A stretch of DNA of 64,000 nt from an uncultured Chloroflexia bacterium (GTDB taxonomy: Bacteria > Chloroflexota > Limnocylindria > Limnocylindrales > CSP1-4): assembly GCA_963727005.1 (NCBI GenBank), contig CAVSEO010000005.1, forward strand, positions 833,044 to 897,043. The letters are read 5' to 3'. A program made the position numbers and the translations under genes. The notes below the pieces were generated by a model. That model did not search any database. It saw only the letters and a program-made list of their open reading frames with translations, and was not told the origin of the DNA. This document shows positions 32,649-41,513 of the stretch, in pieces (the first letter of the stretch is position 1; every line of letters starts with the position of its first letter).

Positions 32649-34004
32649 TTACGCCTCGACGGCCTCGAGCGCGTGCTTGACTTCCGCGGCCGGGTACTCG
32701 TAGTCCTCGAGCTGACCGCTCAGGTACCTCTGGTACGAAGTCAGGTCGAAGTGGCCGTGGCCGGACAGGTTGAAGAGGATCACCTTCTTCTCGCCGCTGG
32801 CCTTGGCCTCCAGAGCGATGTCGACCGCCGCCTTGATCGCATGGGTCGATTCCGGCGCCGGGATGATCCCCTCGGTCCGGGCGAACTGGATGCCGGCCTC
32901 GAAGCACGGCCGCTGATGGAGGCTGCGGGCCTCGATGAAGCCCTCGTGCTTGAGGAGGCTGACGAGCGGCGACATGCCGTGGTAGCGCAAGCCGCCGGCG
33001 TGGATCGGCTCCGGGATGAAGTCGTGGCCGAGCGTGTACATCTTGACCATCGGCGCCATCTTGGCCGTGTCGCCGTAGTCGTAGGCGTAGCGGCCGCGGG
33101 TCAGGCTGGGCGCCGCAAGGGGCTCCACGGCGATCACCTGGTACTTGCGCCCGCCGCGGAAGGTCCGGCCCAGCCACGGGAAGGAGATCCCGGCGAAGTT
33201 CGAGCCGCCGCCCGCGCAGGCGATGATGACGTCCGGCTCCTCGCCGGCCATCTCCATCTGCTTGATCGACTCGAGGCCGATCACGGTCTGGTGGAGCATG
33301 ACGTGGTTGAGAACCGAGCCCAGCGAGTAGTGCGTGTCTTCTCGCTTGATCGTGTCCTCTACGGCTTCGCTGATCGCGATGCCGAGTGAACCGGTGCTGT
33401 CCGGGTGCTCGGCCAGGATTGCCCGTCCGGCTTCGGTTTCCATGCTCGGGCTGGGCACGACGCTGGCCCCGTACGTCTCCATCATCAGGCGCCGATACGG
33501 CTTCTGGTCGTAGCTGGCCCGGACCATGTAGACCTTGATCTCGATGCCGAACATCGCGCCGGCGTAGGCAAGGGCGCTGCCCCACTGGCCGGCGCCGGTC
33601 TCGGTCGCGATGCGCTTGATGCCTTCCTCTTTGTTGTAGAAGGCCTGCGGGATCGCCGTGTTGGGCTTGTGGCTGCCGGCCGGGCTTGCGCCCTCGTTCT
33701 TGTAGTAGATGTGGGCCGGCGTATCGAGCGCCTTCTCGAGCCGCAGGGCGCGGACGAGCGGGCTCGGCCGGTACTGGGCGTACAGGGCTCGTACAGGCTC
33801 CGGGATCTCGATCTCGCGCTCTGTCGAGACCTCCTGCATGATCAGCGCCATCGGGAAGAGCGGGGCCAGATCGGCAGGGCCGAGGGGCTGGTGCGTCCCG
33901 GGATGGAGAGGCGGCGCCTGCGGGACCGGCAGGTCGGCCGCGATGTTGTACCAGGCCTTGGGTATCTGCTCTTCGCCCAGCGTGAAACGGGTGCGTTCGA
34001 CCAT
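32649..34004 (-). CDS. TrpB2-type (TrpB-like) PLP-dependent tryptophan synthase beta subunit
   Basis: Intact 451 aa. It has the long N-terminal extension typical of TrpB2, the PLP lysine context (GSHKPNTA), GGGSNFAG and GLRYHG. GGGAGGAAG lies upstream of the ATG. Confidence 0.88.
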   Translation of the reverse strand: MVERTRFTLGEEQIPKAWYNIAADLPVPQAPPLHPGTHQPLGPADLAPLFPMALIMQEVSTEREIEIPEPVRALYAQYRPSPLVRALRLEKALDTPAHIYYKNEGASPAGSHKPNTAIPQAFYNKEEGIKRIATETGAGQWGSALAYAGAMFGIEIKVYMVRASYDQKPYRRLMMETYGASVVPSPSMETEAGRAILAEHPDSTGSLGIAISEAVEDTIKREDTHYSLGSVLNHVMLHQTVIGLESIKQMEMAGEEPDVIIACAGGGSNFAGISFPWLGRTFRGGRKYQVIAVEPLAAPSLTRGRYAYDYGDTAKMAPMVKMYTLGHDFIPEPIHAGGLRYHGMSPLVSLLKHEGFIEARSLHQRPCFEAGIQFARTEGIIPAPESTHAIKAAVDIALEAKASGEKKVILFNLSGHGHFDLTSYQRYLSGQLEDYEYPAAEVKHALEAVEA

Positions 34005-34162
34005 CCGACTTCCTCCCGCCGGCCAACCGGCGACCTAAGCTGCTCGATGCCCGGCGTCGCCCCAACACGACTGTGGCCGCGCAAGCCTAGCGGCTCGCAG
34101 GCAGGCCGCGCAAGGCCATTCGACCGAGCCCGGCCAGCGCGACGGAGACGGCCGCGCCCTCC

Positions 34163-34859
34163 CTATGAGGATCCGAGCGGCGCCTCGGCCAGAGCCTCGT
34201 AGCGAGTGGGGCCGTGGCCCATCACGCTCTTGTAGAGGACGAGTCGGTCGGCCTGCCAGCTCAATCTCACGTCCGCGGCCACTCGCCATGAGCCGGCGGG
34301 CGTACTCGTCCGCCCCGGCGACGCCGTCGGTCCGGGCGAGCGTCAGATGACCCTGGAAGGGGCGGTCCTCCGACGGCCAGCCGAGCGACCGGAGCTCCTC
34401 GTTGAGCCGGAGCGCGAGGCCGGCCAGCTCATCGGTCCCGGCGTCGATGCCGATCCACAGCACCCGTGGACGGCGGGCATCCGGAAAGGCGCCGCCGCCG
34501 TTGAGCGTTATCCCGAACGGCGCCAACCCCCGAGCCGCGGATCCGACCGCGGCGGCAACCTCCGCCAGGCGTTCGTCGGGAGTGGCGCCCAGGAAGCGCA
34601 GGGTCACGTGCAGGCCTTCGACCCGCACCCAGCGCGGCTGCCCGGGCGCCCGCTCCTCGATCGAGGCTCCGGCGACCCGAGTCATCAGCTCGCCCACGGC
34701 GGTCCGGACCTCGTCCGCCACCGGCACGGCTATGAACAGCCGGCTGGTTCCCGGGGGATCGTCCACCGGACGCCGGAAGCCGCCGGGCCTGAAGCCCCCC
34801 GGCCTGCGTTCGCCGGCGCTGCCCCCTCGATCGGAGGGCGCGTCTGCCCGGTAGGTCAT
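34163..34859 (-). CDS. thpR: RNA 2-prime,3-prime-cyclic phosphodiesterase ThpR/LigT (2H phosphoesterase). One frameshift near 34285.
   Basis: Two HxT motifs are present (LHVTLRFLG and GHLTLAR) in frame 34035..34859. The C-terminus (WQADRLVLYKSVMGHGPTRYEALAEAPL) is in another frame, ending at the stop at 34163-34165. Confidence 0.8.
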
Positions 34860-34874
34860 CGAGCGGAGCTCGAG

Positions 34875-35963
34875 TCACTCGTTGTAGAGGCGCTCTTCGA
34901 TGAGCTTCTCCTGGACCGTCCTGCCGTTGGGATCGAAGCACGAGTACTCGAAGTGCTTCTCGAATTCGAGGTCGACGTTGTCCTGGCCGCCCCGGTTCTT
35001 CTCTACCGTCAGGACCACCCAATCGCGGAATCGCTGGGCCTGGTACGGATTGAACTCGATGTTGACCTTGGCAACGATGTGGTACTTCTCGTTGATGATC
35101 AGGATGATGTCGGCCTCGTAGTTGATCGCCGACGAGCCCCTCAGGTGGTGGTTCCGAAGCCTCTGGGCCTTGAGGCCTTCCTTGTCGGCCGCGACGATGG
35201 AGATCATCGCCACCTGTTCGGACAGGGCGATGTCCTTCAGGCCGTTGACGACGAACGTGACCTTCTCCGATTCGGTGTTCGGCTCCGGGTACATCGGCAC
35301 TTTCTGCATGTAGTCGACGATCACCAGAAGCCGCCGGTCGCCGGAGAGAACGCGGTGCTGCTGCACCAGCTTGCGGACGTTGTCCACCGTGCTGGCGGTC
35401 TGGGAACCGCGCATCAGGAACAGGTTCTGGCCGTACCGGGCAATCCGGTCCAGGCTGGGGCGTAGCTTCTGGTTGGCGGTCAGGCCGGCTCCGCCGGCGC
35501 CCTCGGCCATCCACGAAGCCATGATCTCCTTGCGAACGTCCTGGATCTTGATGGCGCCCGTCTTCTGGGGTAGATGGGCGAGCGCCGACTCCATGGCCAC
35601 GAGCCGGTTGAGCAGGTACTGCTCTTCGTGCTCGAAACATATGTAGAGCACGTTGGCCTGGCCTCCCGATGCCACGTTGCGGGCCATCTGGAGAGCCATG
35701 GTCGTCTTGCCGGTGCCCTGGGCGCCGCCGATGAGCATCAGCTCGCCTGCCCGCAAGCCACCGCCGATCGTCTTGTCCAGCATCCCGAATCCGAGCGGCA
35801 GCGCCTGGTACTCGGCGAATCGCCCGCTGGCCAGGTTGTCGTTGAGGTCCACGAGCACGTCCAGCGCCGAGCGCGGGACCAAGCTGCCGTTGTCTGTGTC
35901 CAGCCGCCAGGTCAACTGGGCCGGAGCGGCGTCGGCGTCGGCCGTGCGATTTTGCGTGCTCAC
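34875..35963 (-). CDS. DnaB-helicase C-terminal-domain-only RecA-like ATPase (no DnaB N-terminal domain)
   Basis: Intact 362 aa. It has LPLGFGMLDKTIGGGLRAGELMLIGGAQGTGKTT (Walker A), LLVIVDYMQ (Walker B) and LRGSSAINYEADIILII (compare DnaB LRESGSIEQDAD). It ends 15 nt before the thpR start. Confidence 0.8.
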   Translation of the reverse strand: MSTQNRTADADAAPAQLTWRLDTDNGSLVPRSALDVLVDLNDNLASGRFAEYQALPLGFGMLDKTIGGGLRAGELMLIGGAQGTGKTTMALQMARNVASGGQANVLYICFEHEEQYLLNRLVAMESALAHLPQKTGAIKIQDVRKEIMASWMAEGAGGAGLTANQKLRPSLDRIARYGQNLFLMRGSQTASTVDNVRKLVQQHRVLSGDRRLLVIVDYMQKVPMYPEPNTESEKVTFVVNGLKDIALSEQVAMISIVAADKEGLKAQRLRNHHLRGSSAINYEADIILIINEKYHIVAKVNIEFNPYQAQRFRDWVVLTVEKNRGGQDNVDLEFEKHFEYSCFDPNGRTVQEKLIEERLYNE

Positions 35964-36037
35964 GAATGCCTCCAGCCAATTCCTAGTCGGAGCGCAGCCC
36001 GATGGGCATCGTATCAGCCACTCCCGGCCCGGGGCAC

Positions 36038-37479
36038 TTACGTCAGGTTACGCCGGTCTGTCCACCGCTCTAGACGATGATCCAGCCCGGCAATCTCATC
36101 CCAGTATCGGGCAATGGCCCGAATCCCGGTCTCGTAGTTGGCCATCGACATCCACTCGTTCGGAGCGTGGAACTGCCCGTTCGGCGGGGCGAAACCCAGG
36201 AGCACCGTCGAAAGCCCCAGGATCGACTCGAAGCTCGCGCAGATCGGGACGGATCCTCCCTCGCGGATGTAGAGCGGTGCGACACCGAAGGTCGTCTCGA
36301 TGGCCCGTGCGGCCGCCTGCGTGGCCGGGTTGTCGATCGGGGTAAGGCTGGGCTTGCCGTCGCCGAGGCGCTGGATCGAGTACCGCACCGACTTCGGCGC
36401 AACTCGTTCGATGTGCGCCGCGACCAGCGCGAAGATCTTCTCCGGGTCCTGATTGGCGACGAGACGGCAGCTGATCTTGGCGTGCGCGTGGGCCGGGATG
36501 ATCGTCTTGGGTCCCTCGCCCTCGAAACCGCCCCAGATTCCGCAGACGTCGAGCGTGGGCCGGGCGCCCAGTCGCTCGAGCGTCGTGTAGCCCGGCTCGC
36601 CGACCAGCCCCGGGACGCCCAGCGACTCGCGATAGGCCTCCTCGTCGAACGGGAGCTTGGCGAAGGCGGCCTTGTCCAGCGGCGTCAGCGCGGCCACGTC
36701 GTCGTAGAAGCCGGGCACCTGGATCCGGCCGGCCGGTGTCCTTCAGCGCGGCCACGATGTGGCACAGGGCGTTGATGGGGTTGTCAACGGCGCCGCCGTA
36801 GCCGCCCGAATGGAGATCGACCGTGCTGCCCGTGACGTCCAGCTGGAAGTAGACCAGGCCGCGCAGGCCGATCGTGATCGACGGCAGGTTGCCCTCGAAG
36901 AAGCTCGTGTCGGAGATGACCGCGAAGTCGGCCGCCAGACGCTCTCGGTTGGCCTCGAGCCAGGCGTCGAGATGGATCGAGCTCGCCTCCTCCTCGCCCT
37001 CGAACACCACACGGATGTTGATCGGCAGGCTTCCGCGGGTCTTCAGCAGCGCCTCGATCGCCCGGATGTGCATGTGCAGCTGCGACTTGTCGTCCGAGGA
37101 GCCCCGGGCGAGCATCTTGCCGTCCTTGACGACCGGCACGAAGGGCGGCGATTCCCACAGATCGAGCGGGTCCACGGGCTGGACGTCGTAGTGGCAATAG
37201 ACGAGCACCGTGGGGCGGCCGGCGGCGTGGAGCCAGTCCGCGTAGACGACGGGGTGGCCGCCCGTCTCGGAGACCTCGACATGCTCCATGCCCGACGGCT
37301 CGCAGGTCCGCGGCGACGAACTCGGCCGCGGCCCGGCAGTCGGCGGCATGCGCCGGAATCCCCGAGATGCTGGCGATCCGAAGCAGCGCCTTGAACGACT
37401 CCAGGCGTGAGCCCGCGGTCGCGGACAGGAAGCGCTCGAGCGCCGGGTCGGAGGTTGCGCCGGCGGTTGCATCCGACAT
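36038..37479 (-). CDS. M20-family dipeptidase/metallopeptidase. Two frameshifts.
   Basis: The N-terminus MSDATAGATSDPALERF is in the frame of ORF 36784..39561. The core is in 36096..37472 (LVYCHYDVQP, ARGSSDDKSQL, VFEGEEE). The C-terminal half is in 36038..36718 (GGSVPI, APNEWMSMANY). AGGAGAAG precedes the ATG. Confidence 0.82.
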
Positions 37480-37514
37480 CAGGGCTTCTCCTGTGGTGTG
37501 GCTGCCTTCACCCG

Positions 37515-37520
37515 ATTGTA
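37515..37520 (-). promoter_or_regulatory. Candidate -10 box (TACAAT on the minus strand) upstream of the M20 peptidase gene
   Basis: The hexamer lies 36 nt upstream of ATG 37479, just downstream of the ftsH terminator. The -35 is weak. Sequence match only. Confidence 0.25.
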
Positions 37521-37570
37521 TCGAGCGGCATGTCGTCGCACGGATCGCGAGCGACCGGACTCGCCGATCA

Positions 37571-37601
37571 CAAAGAAACCGGGCGGCTCGCCGCCGCCCG
37601 G
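37571..37601 (-). terminator. Rho-independent terminator downstream of ftsH
   Basis: The minus strand reads CCGGGCGGC-GGCGA-GCCGCCCGG followed by TTTCTTTG: a perfect 9-bp GC stem, a 5-nt loop and a U-tract. Confidence 0.75.
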
Positions 37602-37621
37602 TCCGATGTGTCGCCTCCCGC

Positions 37622-39561
37622 TCAGGAGGGGCTTGGGCTGGGGCTCGGGTTTGCGGCCGGGGGTGTCGGGCTCGGCGACGCGTCGGGCGCCGGAGTGGAG
37701 GGCCGCCCAGAGGGGTAAGGCCGGAGATGCCGTGCAGGTTCAGCTTGGGCGGCAGATCGGCGAAGAGCTTCTCGAATTCTTCGGACTCGACGCTCTCCTC
37801 GGCGATGAGCTTGTCGGCAAGGGCCAGCAGCCTGCTCTTGTACTCGGTCAGGGTCTGCGTCGCCCGGGCGTAGCCGTGCTCGATGATCGAGCGGACTTCG
37901 TCGTCGATCATCTTGGCGACGTCATCGGAGTAGTTGCGCTGCTCGCCGATCTCCCGGCCGAGGAAGATCATCTCGTCGCGCTTGCCGAAGGAAAGCGGAC
38001 CCATCTTGTCGCTCATGCCCCACTCGGTGACCATGCGGCGCGCCAGATCGGTCGCCTTCTCGATGTCGTTGGAGGCACCGGTGGTGGTGTCGCCGAAGAT
38101 GAGCCGCTCCGCGGCATTGCCGCCGAGCAGGCCGGCGATCTTGTCCTCGAACTCGGTCTTGGACTGCAGGTAGCGGTCCTCGGTCGGCAGGGCCATGGTG
38201 TAGCCCAGGGCCATGCCGCGGCTGATGATCGTGACCTTGCTCACCGGATCGCACTTGGGCAGGACGCGCTGAACGACGGCGTGACCGCCTTCGTGGATGG
38301 CGATGATCCGCTTCTCCGCGTCGGAGATGATCCGGCTCTTGCGCTCCGGCCCGGCGACGATGCGCTCCAGGGCCTCGTTGAACTCCGGCTGGCTGATGGT
38401 CTTGCGGTTTCGCCGCGCGGCCAGGATGGCGGCCTCGTTCACGAGGTTGGCGAGATCGGCGCCCGAGAAGCCGGGCGACTGGCGGGCCAGATTCTCCGGG
38501 TCCACGGTCTTGTCGAGCGGCTTGCCCTTGGTGTGGACCTTCAGGATGGCGATACGGCCGCGCAGGTCGGGCCGGTCGAGGATGACCTGGCGGTCGAAGC
38601 GCCCGGGTCGGAGCAGGGCCGGGTCGAGCACGTCCGGCCGGTTGGTGGCCGCGACCACGATCACGTTCGTGTTCGTGTCGAAGCCGTCCATCTCGACCAG
38701 GATCTGGTTCAGGGTCTGCTCGCGCTCGTCGTGAGAGCCGCCCAGGCCGGCGCCGCGCTGGCGTCCGACCGCGTCGATCTCGTCGACGAAGACGATGCAC
38801 GGCGAGTTGCGCTTGGCCTGATCGAACAGGTCGCGAACGCGGCTGGCGCCGACGCCCACGAACATCTCGACGAACTCGGAGCCGGAGATGGAGAAGAAGG
38901 GCACGCCCGCCTCGCCGGCCACCGCTCGCGCGAGCAGCGTCTTGCCGGTGCCGGGAGGCCCCACCAGGAGCACGCCGCGGGGGATGCGCGCGCCGAGGCT
39001 GTTGAACTTCTCCGGGTACTTGAGGAACTCGACGACCTCCTGGAGGTCCGTTTTGGCCTCATCGACGCCGGCTACGTCCGCGAAGGTGACGACCGTCTTG
39101 TTGCCCAGGAACATCCGCGCCCGGCTCTTGCCGAAGCTCATTGCCTGGTTGTTCGTGCCCTGCGCCTGGCGCATGAAGAAGAAGATCAGCAGAACCACGA
39201 GGCCGACCGGCAGCAGCGTGCTCAGCAGCAGCACGATCCAGCCGGTATCGGCCGGCTTGTTCACCGTGTAGTCGATCTTGGGGCCGGACGGATTCCACGA
39301 TTCGATCACGGCCGACTCGCCGGCGGCGGGCGAATCCGACTGCACGGTGTAGGTCGTCTTGGCGGCGTCGTTCTTGGTCACCGTCAGGGTGGTGTCCTGG
39401 CGGACGACGGTGCTCACCAGACCCGCCTTGACGTCCGACTCGAAGTCCGAATAGGACTTGCTGGTCGGCTGGCTCGGCTGGATGAGCGCGTAGAGAAGGG
39501 CGGCGGTAGCGGCAACGAGAACGAGCATCACGATGCCGTTCCGCAGGAAACGCGTGTTCAA
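37622..39561 (-). CDS. ftsH: ATP-dependent zinc metalloprotease FtsH; the 3-prime end is reconstructed
   Basis: The N-terminal ~615 aa of ORF 36784..39561 carry 2 TM segments, the AAA module ([20 protein letters not shown]), the SRH and HEGGHA. A 1-nt shift near 37700 gives a Pro/Ser/Thr-rich tail ending at TGA 37622-37624, 20 nt before the terminator. Confidence 0.9.
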
Positions 39562-39792
39562 GGTGTAACGGAGCCTCCGGATTTGTGGCGGTCGGTCAGG
39601 GGCCGATCCGCCACGGCAGTATACGCCCGAGGGACCCGTGGCTCCCGGAGCCGCCCTCGAAACGTGAGCCCGAACTCGGGGGTCGCGAACAGCGCGACAG
39701 CTCTCACCCGACTAGACCCTCGACGGGGCCGGAATGTTCGGTCACAGACCGGGCCGGAGGATCCGTCCCGGCCCTCGCACCTGGCAAACGAC

Positions 39793-39814
39793 GGCCCGGG
39801 CGGTCGCCCGGGCC
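39793..39814 (-). terminator. GC-rich hairpin immediately downstream of tRNA-Met
   Basis: GGCCCGGGCG-GT-CGCCCGGGCC is a perfect 10-nt inverted repeat, followed on the minus strand by GTCGTTTG. Confidence 0.55.
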
Positions 39815-39827
39815 GGAAGACGGACGT

Positions 39828-39902
39828 TGGTAGCTGGGGTTGGATTTGAACCAACGACCTAGCGATTATGAGCCGCTTGCTCTGCCACTGAGCTACCCAG
39901 CC
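39828..39902 (-). tRNA. tRNA with a CAU anticodon: elongator tRNA-Met, or tRNA-Ile2 if lysidine-modified
   Basis: The minus strand reads GGCTGGGTAGCTCAGTGGCAGAGCAAGCGGCTCATAATCGCTAGGTCGTTGGTTCAAATCCAACCCCAGCTACCA (75 nt). I folded the cloverleaf by hand: 7-bp acceptor stem (G1-U72 wobble), GCTC/GAGC D stem, anticodon loop CTCATAA, GTTGG/CCAAC T stem, encoded CCA. It lacks initiator features. Confidence 0.88.
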
Positions 39903-39985
39903 AAGATCCGGCGGTAGTGTACCGGATGCATTCCGACGGGGCCAAGGCGAAGAGCCGTCGCGCGGGGCCGGCTGACGGGTCTCGG

Positions 39986-40923
39986 TCAGCCGCGGTCGAG
40001 CAGCTCCAGCACGGGGGCCAGGCCCTCGAGCGATTCGATCGTGATCGGATCGACGACGAGCTGGACGTGCTTCACGCCGGCCCGGGCGTAGGCTCGCAGT
40101 TCACTCGGCTATCTCCTCCGGCGGGCCTTCGAGCGGGTTGGGCGTCGGGTCCAGGCCGCTGCCCTGCCAGCGCCCCTTGCCGCCCGGCATGCGAACCAGG
40201 ACGACGACCGTGGCATCGACCGTGGACGGGTCGCGGCCAACTCTCCCGCACGCCGCCGACACCCGAGCCAGGAGCGGCGCCACGCCGTCCGGGCTGTTGC
40301 CCGTGTCGGTGTGCCAGACGTTCCAGGCCGTGACGTACGGCAGGGTGATGTCGAGCATCCGCTCGCCCACCGAGCCGATCATGATCGGCGGACCGCCCGG
40401 CCGCGGCCTTGGCACGAGCTCGCAATCCCGGGCGCTGTAGTACTCACCTTCGAAGTCGATCGCGCCTTCCTGCAGAAGCGTCCGGATGATCGTGAACGCC
40501 TCCCCGAAGCGCGAGATGCGATGGTCGAACGGGACGCCGTAGCCGCGGAACTCCACCTCGTTCCAGCCGGCACCCAGGCCCAGGACCAGGCGCCCGCCGG
40601 AGATCTCGTCGACCGTGGCCGCCTTCTTGGCCAGCACCGCGGGGTTGTAGAAGCCGACGGGCGTGACGAGCGGGCCCAGGGTCACGCGCGACGTGATCGC
40701 GGCGGCGGCGGCCAGCACCGACCAGGCGTCCCAGGGCGCGTCCACCACGCCGTGGAGCCGGGTGATACAGGAAATGGTCTCCGGTCCAGATCGAATCGAA
40801 GCCGAGCTCCTCGATTCGCCGGATCATCGTGGCCAGCTCCGGCCAGCGAACGAATCGCTCGATCTCCGGCAGCTGCACGCCAACCTTGATCGGGCGGCCG
40901 GGCTCAGGCGGTGCCGTCGTCAT
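39986..40923 (-). CDS. LLM-class (luciferase-like) F420-dependent oxidoreductase. Two frameshifts.
   Basis: Frame 40444..40923 holds the N-terminus (GFDSIWTGDHF). Frame 40101..40748 holds the core (GRLVLGLGAGWNEVEFRGYG). The final segment LRAYARAGVKHVQLVVDP...LLDRG is in a third frame, ending at 39986. Confidence 0.72.
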
Positions 40924-40947
40924 GGCCGAATCGTAGCGCCGGCAGGG

Positions 40948-41427
40948 CTAGCGCTGCGATCCGAACAGGGCCTGCAGCCAGGTGTCCAGCGGGCTGTCCA
41001 CCCGCGGCGGCGCGGCGGGCCGGATGCCTATCGACCCCGGTGCATCGGCAGGGAGAGGCGGCGCGTTGGGGTCGACCGTGAACGGGATCTCCCGAGGCGC
41101 TCCGAGGAGGTAGCCCCGAGCCATCTGGGACACGAACGCCGGCTCCTTGATCAGCTTGAGCTCCGCCTCGAGCGACGTGATGTCGCGCTGCATGGCCTCG
41201 TTTCGGGCCCGCATCTGATCGGCCTGATTCGCGGCCGCCGACGCGTCGCCTACCTGACGGGCGAAGACGCCGACCAGCCACAGGGCGAAGAGACCGGCTA
41301 CGAGCAGCGCCAGACGGCGGCGCGTGAAAGGCAGCGCCGGGCCGCCGGTCGACGGCGATCGAGCCTCGAGGTCTTCCGGCGGAATCTCGATGGCGCGTCC
41401 GTGCATGGGTGAATCGTAGCTGCGCAC
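40948..41427 (-). CDS. FtsB/DivIC-like septum formation initiator
   Basis: Intact 159 aa with a single TM (LALLVAGLFALWLVGVF) and a coiled coil (MRARNEAMQRDITSLEAELKLIKEPAFVSQMARGYLLG). Confidence 0.65.
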   Translation of the reverse strand: MRSYDSPMHGRAIEIPPEDLEARSPSTGGPALPFTRRRLALLVAGLFALWLVGVFARQVGDASAAANQADQMRARNEAMQRDITSLEAELKLIKEPAFVSQMARGYLLGAPREIPFTVDPNAPPLPADAPGSIGIRPAAPPRVDSPLDTWLQALFGSQR

Positions 41428-41513
41428 AGCTGACGTGTCAACACGAACGGACGCTTGATCGCGCTGCTACACTGGGTCGCACTTTCGTACGGACGTTCTG
41501 TTTGAGGTGCGCC

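Noticed and set aside
34005-34162. A possible leader, attenuator or riboswitch in the 158-nt gap upstream of TrpB2
   Set aside because: The region contains GC-rich imperfect repeats (CTTGCGCGGCC twice). I saw no Trp-codon leader peptide, no T-box specifier or antiterminator pattern, and no terminator with a U-tract. The evidence is insufficient.
34875-35963. The visibly lower GC of the DnaB_C-like gene as a sign of horizontal acquisition
   Set aside because: Other highly conserved, low-complexity-free genes in the window (the YbjN-like gene, parts of ftsH and relA) look similarly less GC-rich by eye. The difference is more simply explained by amino-acid composition (Ile/Lys/Asn/Tyr-rich). 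I cannot compute a proper comparison here.
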